Source: Chrysemys picta bellii (taxonomy: Eukaryota). Taken from it: a stretch of DNA of 64,000 nt. The translations under genes were made by a program, and so were the position numbers. The stretch lies in NCBI RefSeq assembly GCF_011386835.1, contig NC_088813.1:10106001-10170000 (forward strand), read 5' to 3'. A model generated the notes under the pieces. That model had not been told where the DNA came from and searched no databases. It saw nothing but the letters and a program-made list of their open reading frames with translations. Positions 1 to 12,542 of this stretch are shown piece after piece; position 1 is the stretch's first letter, and each line of letters begins with the position of its first letter.

Positions 1-306
1 GAAGCAAATATTGTTGGATGTGATGGGGAAAGAGTAAGACTATTCTATTTTTGGGCTGGCTGGTTATGTAGTTTTAGGGGTGCTGTTCCTTTAGCCTATT
101 TAAATAGTTGTCAGAAGCACAAGAATGTTTCTTAAACCTAAAGAATAAAGAAGTAGTGAGCTTAGCCCTGATAGCCAGCTGGATACGTGCAAGTGATAGT
201 GGCTATTGGGAGAGAGCGTTATATGATGCTGGCAGCTGTGTCTGCACATGGCACCATATACACCTTCAGTCTTTCCCCTCTCAGCACTCCTCAATTTTCT
301 TTCCAG

Positions 307-381
307 ATTTGGCTGTGCAGATATCAGAGGAAACCACAGCAGATGTGATAGCCAGGAACATGAGACCGTTCAGCGCTGCAG
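307..381 (+). CDS. KDF1: Keratinocyte differentiation factor 1, penultimate coding exon
   Basis: ttccag|AT..GCAG|gtaac; 75 bp, phase 1-1; encodes (D)LAVQISEETTADVIARNMRPFSAA. Confidence 0.92.
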
Positions 382-1265
382 GTAACACCTCCGGGTCTCT
401 CTCAGTGAGAAAGCAAAAGCTCTTCCAACTTCCAGCTGTGACTTTGGGAGGTGGCACTTATTGAATAGAGGCCATTTCCTTCCTTGGGAGGACCCAGGAG
501 AGTCCCCAGATATACTGCAGTGGTGAGGGAGCTTCCCAAAACCTCCCCTACTGCACATGGCCTCAGTTCCCAGTCTGTAACACAAGACTAGTACCCACCT
601 CTCGGGGTGTTGTGAAGCTTACGGCTGGACTCTAGAAATGCAGGGTGGTGGCGTTGAACCTGTGCTTGAGCCTCATGATGCTCCTCATTTAGACCTTTAC
701 TGGTGCAAAAGAGAAGGAAACAAAGATCAGAGTTTATACAACTCCCTCCCCACACTTCTCCTAGGGCCTGAGACCAAGCCTGAGCGTTTTCAGTCCCCAA
801 ACCTTCTGACAAAGTTTGAAGGGAAGTGAAAGCATAGTTAGGATGGGATTTTGACTTCAGTCTGAGGGTAACTTGCAGCGAAGTGAAGCAGCAGGGGCGA
901 ATTATTTACCAGCAGATGCCTTGGGCTCCGTTCCTCTCCCATGTTGCTTTGAATGTTTTGCATCAGAGAGCGGCCTTAGGCTGAGCTGTTAGTTCCCCTG
1001 TGTGTGTGAAGTGACAGGATCTCTTCTGAAAGTTGCCTCTGATACTCTGGGCTATTCCCTGCCTCAGGGGGTCGTCATGCTGCTTTCTCTTCCCTCGAGT
1101 TACGCAAGCCCCCTCGTATACGAGATACGTATTTGAGAACGCAAGACCCTTCATGGCAGCTGTATCTGTCTAGCTCCTGAGGATTTTGCTGCTGAGTCTG
1201 TGCCATTTTATGTGAACTTATCCTTTCCCACCCTCTCCCCCCCCCCTTTTTTTTTATTTCTCAAG

Positions 1266-1348
1266 GGTCTCCAATGAGCAGAGCTTCCTCCTACCAGGAC
1301 ACAGAGACTGATTCGTCTGGAGCACCGCTGCTTCAGGTTTACTGTTAG
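1266..1348 (+). CDS. KDF1: KDF1 last coding exon
   Basis: Long polypyrimidine tract + aag acceptor; encodes (G)SPMSRASSYQDTETDSSGAPLLQVYC, TAG at 1346-1348. Confidence 0.93.
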
Positions 1349-4300
1349 GATAATGGACCAAGGCAGCGCTCTGTGGCGGGAGAGGTCGCTGGGCCTTACG
1401 GCACACAGAGCTCCTCCTCTCTTTGAATATAAAATGTGCTATGCCACTTTATTTTCTTCAGTTCTCTTTTTCCCTTGTTAAAGTTCAACTTGCCCCTCAA
1501 TCTGTGGGGCGCATTGGATTTTTTTTATGTGGGGGATCATAAAAGAACCTTGAGGAAATGGACCATGAATCTAGTGAACTTACTCAGACGGTGGGACGTG
1601 AGTTCTGGGAACAGAAGATGGACCAGGGGATCCTGACAAAGGGAATTTGTTCTGCCTTTGTGGGAACGTGCAGTTCTACTTCCACGCTTGGAGTGCAGTT
1701 TTAGTACCCAGCCAGACGTCAGCCATCCAGCTGTTGCCCAGCGCCAAAAGTCAGCTGTACAGTTTTTGCCCTTCCGGCACTGTAGATGTTAATGTATGTT
1801 GTGTAGCTTTGTTGATGATCTTTCCCCCACCCCAGGAATGTCTTTCCATTGTAGCAATTCTGTTGAGGCGAACACCAAGGCTGTAAGAACACCCAGCTGT
1901 TTAAGATCCCAGATCTCTACTTACTGTTGCTGGCCTTGATGGTCCCAGAGGCTGAGTCCTCTATGCACAGTAGCCAGACAAGCTTTCTTGACAAAGTGCC
2001 TTACGCCTGTCCTGGAGGGAACACCTCAGAAAAGAGAGGGTAGTTCAGCCTCCGGGGTTTGTTTAATCTTTGGCCTCTTTGTAGTTGATGCCAACAAAGC
2101 AACCAAGCCAATTTAGTGCTAGTTGCAGTGTGGACAACTTGTTGATGAGACTAACTGGACTGAGACCCAACTCTGGTCTCTCAGGTTATCATGCAACCAC
2201 TGAATAACAACTTTAAATCACTGCCAATCTGGTGAGAACCACTGACATGAGGTATTAAATAGATACAGGTGTTGATTTATAACTCGTTTGCCAATCAGCT
2301 TTTCTCTCACTCATCTGCCGAGGCTCACATAGCCCTTGGTGGTCATGTTAACTGTTGGAGAAAGCTCTGAACTTGGGTCTTGGCAGGTAAGCAAAAGACC
2401 AGACTTCTTTTAAAATTACAAATCAGTCCTCCCTGTAACTCTGCCTGTGTGTTTGAGATCTTAAATGCTCCTTAGAAAGGCTCCCTGGAAAACTTCGCTG
2501 TTGCCACCCTAAAGGCACCAAACTGGGTGACCTTGAGGGCTGCAGCTTTGCAGAAGCCTGAGGGCTGCACCTCGCTGGCATCTCCACTGGCTCGTTTATC
2601 AGGAAGTGAACACACCCAGCCATGAGATTTGTTTATACACTTTGGTGCCTTAGCAGGGGAATAGAAAATGCTCGTTGGTGGCATTAACCAGCAATGAAAC
2701 AGAAGTGTCCAGTGCTGCTAGAGACAGAGTGGCAAAGGTGGGCTCTGGCCCTGGTGTAGGCCGCACTTCTGTGCTTAAGCTAAGGGAAGGTGTCTTGAGC
2801 TTGTAGGTTGGGACTCCGCAGTCTGTGTTTGCTTCCTGTGCTTTTCAAAGATTTGGAGCTTTTAGTTCCTCACTTCACTAAGTAGGGCTTATATAGCTGC
2901 CAGTTGTGGACAGAGCCCCTGTGAAACACGCCATTCGCCTGAGCCACATTTAAGTCCCACTCAGACCTACTTGCTGTTCTTGTAAATCACTTGCTTTTAA
3001 AAAATACAGATTCAATCCTATCCCTTGAAACATCAGAAACACTGGCTCACGAATCGCCGCTGACTTGGCAGTGATATTTAGGCTAAATAACCGATCCCAC
3101 AGCACTTTGAAGCTTCTCCCACATTTGGCTGTGTTTTCGTGTGGCTCTGTGTTCCACGTTCGGGCCTTTGGCGGGCTCAGAGGGATGGTCTGGCAATGCA
3201 GGAGCCACTGAAGTTTTGGTGAGTTGATTGTTTTTCCTTAGGCTTTGTTTTTAAAGCAATGAAATGTAAATTTGAAAAAAAAAAAAAGCCCTCCCTCTTG
3301 TTCATGACCCAAAGTAGTGGCTAGGACTCCTGGCAAACAGAGAGTGACTGTAAATACGTAATATTTTACATACTACCTTTGATGGGCCTTGCGGACTCCT
3401 GAACTAGTTTGTAAATATGTACTTGGATAAGTTTACTTTTTAAAATGGACATTTCCGTGACAAGGTAGCCTGGTGCCTACTGCTGGGACAAACTGGGCAG
3501 TAGGTTGCATATAGCACCTATGACGAGGCAGTTCCACGAAGACCTGCCCATGGCTGCTGCCCAGATGCAATAGACTTTTACAACTGTTTGTACAGCCACT
3601 TGTGCCAATAGTGCCTGACAATGGATGTGGATTAAAATGCTGAGTGAAAAAAAGGTGGGTGTTAGAGGTGTAAAACTATCCCTGAAACCGGCAAACCTGT
3701 TGTATGTTATGTTTGACTCTGTCTTGCTCGTTTTTTTTGTTTTTTTTAATTGCTCCCTATTTAATTATGCTTTAAATTTCAACCCGAAGCAGATTTTAAG
3801 CACAGCCTTTGCTGAAGGGTCTGGGAGAGAAGGGAGTGTGTAGTGCCCAGCAGCTGGCAGACAGCAGTGCTCCAGCTAGAAGTTTCTCTTGTGGTTGACC
3901 GTTGTGTTAAGTCTGTGTCCCCCTTTTTTTTCCAGTTAATTTAATGCAGCCTGGTGTCTGGGGAGCAATGGGGGTCTGTGTAAATAAAGTAGCCTCTTGG
4001 GAGCTGTCTGTGTGCAGGGAAATGTGTGTATGGGGGGGGGGTTAATAAAGGGGAACCTGTCACTGACAATTCTACAGAACTGAGGCCAAAGTGGGGACAA
4101 TCTTTTCTACAGTGTGTCTCTTCCCCCCCTCCCCACCCAAATCTTGTGCTGATTTAATCCATCTGGAGGAGCCACACCCTCATGAAGGGGGTGGGGATGG
4201 GGGGGGGGGAGGGAGGTCAGAGTTTTTTGTTCTCTTGACCCTCTGACTTGAAGGACCAGTTTTGCCTTTTTAAAGTCAGTTACTCAACTAGCAGCTCGTT

Positions 4301-5413
4301 TGCAAAGTCCTGCTCCTGCACCTGCTGTCACTCTCCTTTTTTGGGGTGGGGAGGGGAGGGAGATGGTCAATCAAAGGAACTCCCTGGTCTCTCTAGCCCT
4401 GTCATTAGACAAGGGAGTGTGGCTGCTTATAGGGTAACTACCTTGTAATAAACTTTTTCAAAGGTATGGGGGCGTGGTAAGAATTGGTGCCAGACCCTTC
4501 TTTCTCCTCTTTGCAAGGCCCTTCCTAGTGGCAGTGGGGCTCCATTGAGTGAGACCCGATTGTTGGCTTGGAAGGTGGTTGGTTTTGGGAGGGGGGAGGA
4601 TAATCCCCTTTGCGGGGTCAGGGGTTGCTGGGAGCCTTTCAGTCTGACCTGAGATCTGGCGCTTTCTGCCTCTAAGTTGCCGTTTGAATGGTGCTGCTGG
4701 CGGTCATGATTGAAAACTCCCCACTGTTGCATGGCTGGTGTGAAACAAGCTGGGTGCTGTCAAGCCAGTGATTCCCTGCACAACCCCCCATTCCATTTGG
4801 GAGCCACAGATCTCTGTCTAGAGAGGCAAAAGAGTGAGTCCAAACTCCCCACTTGTTCCTGCAGATAGGCCCTCCACGTGGAGGTCCAGGGAAAGACGTT
4901 TGCACTGCATTTACTGGCATGGTTCCTGTTGGGCTAAGTGGAGGACATCAGACTGTAGGCTTGTCAAGCTGCCATCTTCCACCAGCACTAAATAGCCTGT
5001 CAGACCCCTGCAGGGAGACAGCCTTCCTTTTTAAGGTTCTTCATTTTCATTTAAAAAATATAAAGGGAGGAAAAAATCCTTGTACTAGGCTGGCGGTGGG
5101 TCTTGGCTGGAAGGGCTCTGCCAGAGAAGAACCTTTGCTTGTGAACAGAGCTGTTTTACTGGTGAACCAGGGCAACAGGTATATAGAACTAATACGGCCA
5201 GCTCCACTTGAGTGGCAGTAACTTAAGCTGCCTTTCAGCCAGCTTTCCGAATAGCCTTCTCATCCGGGTCCTGCAACTGGGCTCTGGCTACAGAATGTCT
5301 TCTCCACTATGCCAGTCTGTTTCAAAGCAGCTTTGGAAGAGAGTCCAACAGCTTGCAGCCAGCTAATCACAGGGCAGCCCCCTCACAAGAAGCTGCTCTA
5401 GGACGAGCCATTT

Positions 5414-6349
5414 AATCATAGAATCATAGAATCTCAGGGTTGGAAGGGACCTCAGGAGGTCATCTAGTCCAACCCCCTGCTCAGAGCAGGACCAACCCCA
5501 ACTAAATCATCCCAGCCAGGGCTTTGTCAAGCCTGACCTTAAAAACCTCTAAGGAAGGAGATTCCACCACCTCCCTAGGGAACCCATTCCAGTGCTTCAC
5601 CACCCTCCTAGTGAAAAAGTTTTTCCTAATAGCCAACCTAAACCTCCCCCTCTGTAACTTGAGACCATTACTCCTTGTTCTGTCATCAGGTACCACTGAG
5701 AACAGTCTAGATCCATCCTCTTTGGAACCCCCTTTCAGGTAGTTGAAAGCAGCTATCAAATCCCCCCTCATTCTTCTCTTCTGCAGACTAAACAATCCCA
5801 GTTCCCTCAGCCTCTCCTCATAAGTCATGTGCTCCAGCCCCCTAATCATTTTTGTTGCCCTCCGCTGGACTCTTTCCAATTTTTCCACATCCTTCTTGTA
5901 GTGTGGGGCCCAAAACTGGACACAGTACTCCAGATGAGGCCTCACCAATGTCGAATAGAGGGGAATGATCACATCCCTCGATCTGCTGGCAATACCCCTA
6001 CCTATACAGCCCAAAATGCCATTAGCCGCCTTGGCAACAAGGGCACACTGTTGACTCGTATCCAGCTGCTCATCCACTGTGACCCCTAGGTCCTTTTCTG
6101 CAGAACTGCTTCCTAGCCATTGGATCCCTAGTCTGTAACAGTGCATGGGATTCTTCCGTCCTAAGTGCAGGACTCTGCACTTGTCCTTGTTGAACCTCAT
6201 CAGGTTTCTTTTGGCCCAATCCTCTAATTTGTCTAGGTCCCTCTGTATCCTGTCCCTACCCTCCAGCGTATCTCCCACTCCTCCCAGTTTAGTGTCATCT
6301 GCAAACTTGCTGAGAGTGCAGTCCACGCCATCCTCCAGATCATTAATGA
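5414..6349 (-). mobile_element. CR1 LINE (turtle PsCR1-like), 5'-truncated: RT C-terminal part, 3'UTR and (ATTCTATG)n tail
   Basis: ORF 5502..6392 contains [31 protein letters not shown] and ends LDKALAGMI. The plus strand at 5414-5433 (aatcatagaatcatagaatc) is the reverse complement of the CR1 octamer tail. Confidence 0.96.
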
Positions 6350-6987
6350 TCATTAATTTACTCCTCTTTTCCAGCTGCTTTATGGGACCCAAGTAGGTTT
6401 CCCTTCTGTTTTGCCAGCTTCCTGATTGGGGTTAGCTTATTTTGAATTAGTGGTGGGGAATGGCTGAATTGCTACAGAATTGCTCCGTTTGTTTTGTACT
6501 AGTGATCAGGCATATTTTTGACACACCAGGCCACCCTAAAAGCTGTGACTCAGGTTATTACTTATTTGTACTGCAGCCGTGACTAGAGGCCTCACCCACG
6601 ATTGGGGGAGCCCATCAAGTTACCCACTGTGTACACACATGGTGAAAAATGTCCCTGCCCCAAAGACCCATGTAATCATACCGAGCGGGCCCTGGGTTCC
6701 AAACCCTCATTAATTGCTGTTCTAAGAATATTTCTAGGGAGTAACTAGGATGTCTACTGCCACCTTAGACTGTTTAAAATAAAGATCTGACAATGCATCC
6801 ATCTCACTTCTTGGTTCCTTGTAGAATAGCTGTGAAAGTGCTTTAAATTCTCACTCCCAAGTCCGTGTGTCACTTTGTTTTTTGTCTGCTGTGTTCTCCA
6901 CATTCATGCCTGGGTCTTGAATGAATTTGCAACATCTTTTTGCTATCGGAAGAGTTGTCATGTTTTTGTCAGTCCAGCAATTTCTTA

Positions 6988-7277
6988 GGTTGTGTCTATA
7001 CTACACAGCTTTTAGCGACATGGCTGTGTCACTACAGCCGTGCTGCTAAGAGTCGGGCAGTGTAGCCGCTGTTTGTCGGCTCTCCTGCCGACAAACTTCC
7101 ACCCCCAATGAGCGGCGTTCGCGTTGTCGGCAGGAGAGCGCTCCTGCCAACAACATGCTGTTCACACTGGTGCTTGTTGCGGCAAAACGTTTGTCTTGCC
7201 CGGTTGTGTCTTTGGTTTTTTTTAACACCTCTGAAAGACACAAGTTTTGTCATTCAATTGTCAGGGTCGACCTAGTC
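6988..7277. mobile_element. PIF/Harbinger-like MITE
   Basis: Degenerate GGxxxGTCTACACT-type termini, flanked by TTA on both sides (6985-6987, 7278-7280). Confidence 0.6.
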
Positions 7278-8602
7278 TTAGTTGCTGCATCTGGCTCCAC
7301 TCTGAGTTTCAGTATTGGGTGTGGTACTGAATGGGGCAAGTGATCTTGGGAAGAATATGGTGACTAGGGAACTAGTACTATAACACTACAAGAGACCAAG
7401 AGCTGAGCAACACAGGAGGAAGGGGATTTTTAGGCAGACTGGTTTTAACATACATTTACCTCCAATGTCCAAATGAACACTCATGAGAGAGGATTTCCCC
7501 CCTCCCACCCCTCAGTTGAGAGCTCACAAAACCCTCAACTTATGGGTGTTTCCTTAAAAGAGAGTCTGATTCATGATGAATCGAAGTGTTAGTGCGATCC
7601 CATTGTCTCACACCTGTTACATCAATATCTGTGGATTTAACAGGAACCGGTCTTCATGATGAACATGCATGCAGCTAAAATCAACAGGAGTAGGACTGAG
7701 GTTATGTTGAGAAACCACCTGTGAATTTACTTCCTTTTGGGAGCTTGAGTCAGCGTCTTTATTTCACCGTTGACATTTTGATTTTTTTTGGTTAAGTTTT
7801 CAATGAAATAAATAGCAAGTCTCTGCTGAGCATGTGTCTTAATCGCCATTGGAAAACCAACTAATGGTGCTCTTCAGAGATTTGATGATCTGTCACATGA
7901 CTATGCCCTTAGTAGAAACCTAGTACCATGCAGGTCATTGACCTGAGCAACCATGGTAGCACCTTCATCCTGGCTGTGTTCCTCTGCATACATGTGAATC
8001 TAGAACATCCTTGTGCAAAAATCAACTCCATATGCACAGGCCCCTGCTTTCAAACCTCGTGACAGTGATTCACTTTTATTTTGTTAAAGTTAGCAAAAAG
8101 CGACTGATCTTCCTGTGACTGAACAGACTCTGGTTAGGGGTGGCAATTTTGATTGAATGTATTTCCTGAGGTTTCATCACATGACATCTTTAATTAAAGA
8201 TTAATCTTTAATTGCTGGAGACTCCGGGACAATGCTGGAGGGTTGGCAACCCTAACTCAGGTCTGTGGTTTTTAATTACAGTTTGGAGCATGCAAAGAAA
8301 AGCAAATAAACGCCATGTTCCTCCCCCACCCACCCACCCACCTCTTGAAAATGATTGAATAGTTTCTTTCCAGGTGGTCAAAAAGTGATGCTGGAAAATG
8401 GACTGTTCTACCTTGATTCTTTCACAGCCCGGTCCGTATTCGCTTCCCCCCTTAAAGTGGGAGCTGCAGCCTCTGTTCAAGGTAAAAAGCAATGATTTTA
8501 AATGCCTAGTACTTGTTCTTTCTCCTGCGGGGCTTTGCTCTTTAATAGTTTGTTTATAAAGTAGTACCATTGCCTGCTTCTCGGACTGTTTAAACACGTA
8601 GC

Positions 8603-9020
8603 CAGGGCCGGCTCTGGCTTTTTGGCCGCCCCAAGCAAAAAACAAAAACAAAAAAACCAGGGCGGCCAGAACGGCAAAGCAAAAAAAACCACCAGAGCGC
8701 GGGTGCAGGGGGACCGGCGGGGGGGGGAGGGAGCGGGCAGGAGAAAGAGAGAAGGGGGCGGCCAGGCTACAGCAGGGGCGTTGCCACACGGCCCCTCCCG
8801 CTGCGCCGCCGCCTGCCGCGAGGGCTCCGCTCCGGTCGGCGGGGAGGGAAGGAAGAGGACTGCCCTGCAGGGCGCTCTGGTTCTCCGCGCCACCGCCCCC
8901 TACAGGGCGGCCGGAGCGGAACAACAACAAAAAAAAACCACGCGGCCGTGCCGCCCTAGGATTGGGCAGAATGCCACCTCAAGCACCAGCTTGCTCAGCT
9001 GATGCCTGGAGCCGGCCCTG
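8603..9020. mobile_element. GC-rich non-autonomous hAT DNA transposon
   Basis: TIRs CAGGGCCGGCTC...GAGCCGGCCCTG; 8-bp flanks CACGTAGC / CGTGTAGC; same family as 51066..51299. Confidence 0.85.
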
Positions 9021-12000
9021 CGTGTAGCTTAAAAAGCTTTGCCAGGGGCTGGTGTTAGAAAAAGGAAAGTGGGAGGGGGAGAGAATTGTATTTCAGTCTG
9101 GAAACGCCTCTACAATCTCTTCACGGCTTTGCCTAAATCTGTGGGGAGGGAAGAGCTGAGGATGGCAGCTGAGGGCGCTCCCAGCCCAGGCAGCCAGACT
9201 TGAGCAGGGCCGGAGCTAGCGCAGTAGAAGTAGCACGGGATGTTGCAGCTTGGGCTGGAGTTCAGGCTCTGAAGCTTAGGAAGTCAAGTGGGCTTGAGCG
9301 TCAGAGCCGCAATGGTTACATGGCTATTGTTAGCGCCCTGCTAGGAAGTGTCTCTACCCTCGCTCCCAGCTGCAGTGTAGACACAGCCGCAGAGGTGCAG
9401 GACCCCTCCACAGACATGGTCAATTGCTGACCTAAGGAACCATTGTTGAACCATGAACCCGAAGGCTTGAGTAGATCTTTCATGGGTCTTGGACTGCTTC
9501 TGGTGTTCCTGCTCTTATCTGTCACCTATGCATGGCTAGCTCCCCTGGCCGCTTTCTGTAGAGTTCTAGTGCTTGGAGGCACGCTTGTCTTAGGCAACTC
9601 CAGCTCCTGCCATAGGATGATTGATCTTGTTGTGCTTCCTGCATGCAGTCTGAGTGGACACAGCAGGGCAGAGAGCGCCGGGGGATATTGCCCCTATCTT
9701 GAAAACCACCTTTCAAGTTAAACCTGCTTGGGAATGGTGACTAGTATTAACATATTTGTGCGCTGAATGCTCCTTTCTTTGCCAAGGGGTGGCAGCACTG
9801 ACCCGGGTGATTTGATTGCTTTTGTAGCAAAGCAGTTGAAAGGTTAGGTGCCCCTCTCCAGATTCTCTCACCCTGTACTGGTGGAGGTCTAAAGCTTTCG
9901 CCATTATCAGGCATTGCTAGCAATTTAGCTATGGAAATGTTTTTCAGCTGATGTAACAGGGCTCTTGGGAGCCTACTTGCATCATGTGAAGTATGACTCC
10001 TAGTCACAGGAAGTGTCTACAACCCGTGTAACTAGACCACTTGGGGTCTGCAATTGTGGATCCACCTTCACAGCTGGTTGGAACCAGAAACCCCCTTTCC
10101 CTGCTTTGGTTTATTTCACTCCAGCATGACACTCAGTTGGGGGTGTTTGTTTTTATTGACCTTTCCCTGGCGGGAGTCAATGACACACCGGTAGTGGCAC
10201 AGGACAAGGTGAGCAGGGAGAAACACCTTCCATTCCGCTGGCTGGAAGGGTTGAAGTCCAGGGGTTTAGGCCTAAAGCCAAGCTTTGATTCACAAACACA
10301 ACCTCGGATGTTAGCCTCTGCATTCTATTCCCATAACTTGAGCAGGTTCATTCTCATGAGGGGGTAAATTTCCCTGCACACATGAATAATAAAGCAGAAC
10401 TATTCCCCTGAATCAACAGCACCCACCTCTAAGATGGCATCTGTGTCTGCCACGGTGGTCTTCCTTCAACCATATTTGGTCTGCTTTGATGGAGTGCTGC
10501 TGCAGCTAGTTGGCACTTATAAAATGGGAATTCTAGTGCCAGATTGGACTAGAAAATTGAGATTTAATATCTTAAGAGTATAGTTGCGGTTAACCATCAT
10601 CATGTGCTGTATAAGATGGGTTTTGTACCCCAACAGTCATGCAGTGAACAAGAACAGTGGCCAAGTTCAGTATCTAGAATTGTCTCAATCAAAACAAGAG
10701 GAAGGCTCTATATTTAAAAAAAATTTTTTAGTGTAGGTGCTTGTCTAAAGGTTTCTCACTTCAGTGCTAGGGCCAATTACATCCCAATGACTTTTGCTAC
10801 CTTTGAGCTTATTTTCATTGCTGGGTTAGCAATAAATATTCGTATGCCTGCATGTGGCTGTTAGAGCCCGGCTTGCTGTGGACTGAATCCTGCTCTCATA
10901 TGGGGTTTGAACTATCTGAAGCAAGAGGTGCAGTTTGCTCATCTATCTTCCTCCTCCTCACCTGGGATCTGACCCTACTTCCCTCAACAAAACAGGGCGA
11001 CAGAACTCGATTTCTCCAGCAAGGGATGAAGTGGTGTTGGTGAACCGAGGACATGGTTCAAGGAGGATGGTGCTACAGGCAGGTCTGGCCTTAGCCCCTG
11101 CACCTGCCCCTGCCTGTACTTGACTCATTAGGAGGAGCTCAAGGCTGGAAGCTAAGCCTAGTGCAAGCATGGAGGCTAGCCTTATCTTAACCATTACTCC
11201 TGTTCTCCCACCTCAAGGGACAGACAGAACCAGACAGGCACCTGCCCTCAGTGATACACTCTCTACACTGCAGTTCAGAAGCAGGCTAGGCTCTCAATCC
11301 ACCTGCCCCAGAGCAGCCTGAAGAGCTGCAGCTAGACTGACCCGATTTTTTTGCCTGCTGTACTCCAGGAACAGAACTGGGCAGAAGAGTTGGCCTATAT
11401 AACCCATACATTCCAGGAACTTAACATAGTTACTCAGCCTGCACAAGAGAGAGAAATAATGCTTATACGTGTCATGTCAGTGGCTCGTCCAGTCAGTTTT
11501 AATATAAGACCCTGAACTACTTTTTTTCCTATATGTCTGCACACTTAACTTCAGTAAGGGTAGAAAGGGAGAGAACTGGCTGTGAAGTGACAGCATAGCC
11601 TGGCCAGCAGGGTCTGAAGGTTAGGCGACGTGTAAGGAAGCAGCCCGGCAGAGTGGCAGTTGTAGGGCAGCTGCCCAGCTCCACGTTCTCGGTTACAAGG
11701 CTGCCGCTGTAGGGGATTGTGCAGGCAGCACTGACGTGTAGGGCCAAAATGTACAAGAGCTGAGACAGAACAGACTGGCCTTGGCTCAGCTGAGTGCAAA
11801 TAAGCCACTGTGTCCCACTGCTTTAAAGTGAAAACAAACAGCCCGGGCACAGGGGCAGAGGGGACTTTAACCCTTTGCCCAACCTGCCCCTTCTGTCAGT
11901 TTGACTAGCCCCCTCCCATGATACCAAAAGGCAACTTTTCTACTCCAGCTGATATAGGGGGAAAGTCATAGAGGCAGCAGATGTGATAAATAGAGACCTG

Positions 12001-12536
12001 CTTTCACTCCATAACCACACCAGGGCTCAGGCCTAGTTCCTGCACAGCAGTGTGTGTGGTGAAAAGAAGCCTCCACACCATATTATGCACTAAGGCTCCT
12101 TTTCACAGGCGCAGCACTGATCAGGCCCAAGGGCTGCTACAGGCAGAGGGTAGGCCGAAGAATAGGGCCTTTGGCCAGCCCGGACTAAAGTGTACAAGTG
12201 GGCCCAGGCTCAATCACACCCCAGCTGTGTGCTTCAGTTAGTGGCAAGTCAGAGGTGGCTGCCCAGCCTCAGGCAAGGTGATCCCAGATCAGCAGTGCAG
12301 CAGCCTCTTCTTCCAGCAGACCCCACCTCCTTAGTGCTTTCAAATGTTTCATTCTGGGGAGCCTCAGACTGTGAGCTGCAGCGCCCTGTTGGTCCAGGCA
12401 CAGTTTGAGACTCCCTGGCCTAAACCCTCATCAGGTCAGCCCCTAGTGTTCTCCATTTCCACCGTCTACTGCTTTCAGACCAGGTGCTGCCCCATTATCA
12501 ATCCACACAATTACACATGCCCGTCACTCTATTTCC

Positions 12537-12542
12537 TTTATT
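12537..12542 (-). terminator. Candidate NUDC polyadenylation signal (AATAAA)
   Basis: tttatt on +, followed on the minus strand by a GU-rich tract (tgtgtaattgtgtgg). An ATTAAA at 13140-13145 is an alternative. Confidence 0.4.

Larger units (their letters stand above)
307..1348 (+). other. KDF1: KDF1 gene, 3' part (join 307..381,1266..1348); upstream exons lie outside the window
   Basis: Spliced peptide DLAVQISEETTADVIARNMRPFSAA-GSPMSRASSYQDTETDSSGAPLLQVYC* matches the recalled human KDF1 C-terminus (ELTVQISQETTADAIARKLRPYGAPGYPASHDSSFQGTDTDSSGAPLLQVYC). Expected synteny, tail-to-tail with NUDC. Confidence 0.93.

Noticed and set aside
5502-6392. 296-aa reverse-transcriptase ORF as a novel RT system (retron/DGR-like)
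   Set aside because: Ordinary 5'-truncated CR1 ORF2 with diagnostic 3'UTR and tail. The apparent N-terminus [15 protein letters not shown] comes from flanking DNA.
8208-9002. Long ORFs (240, 131, 126 aa) around 8.2-9.0 kb
   Set aside because: They run through a GC-rich hAT MITE that lacks stops by composition, with low-complexity translations and no transposase motifs.
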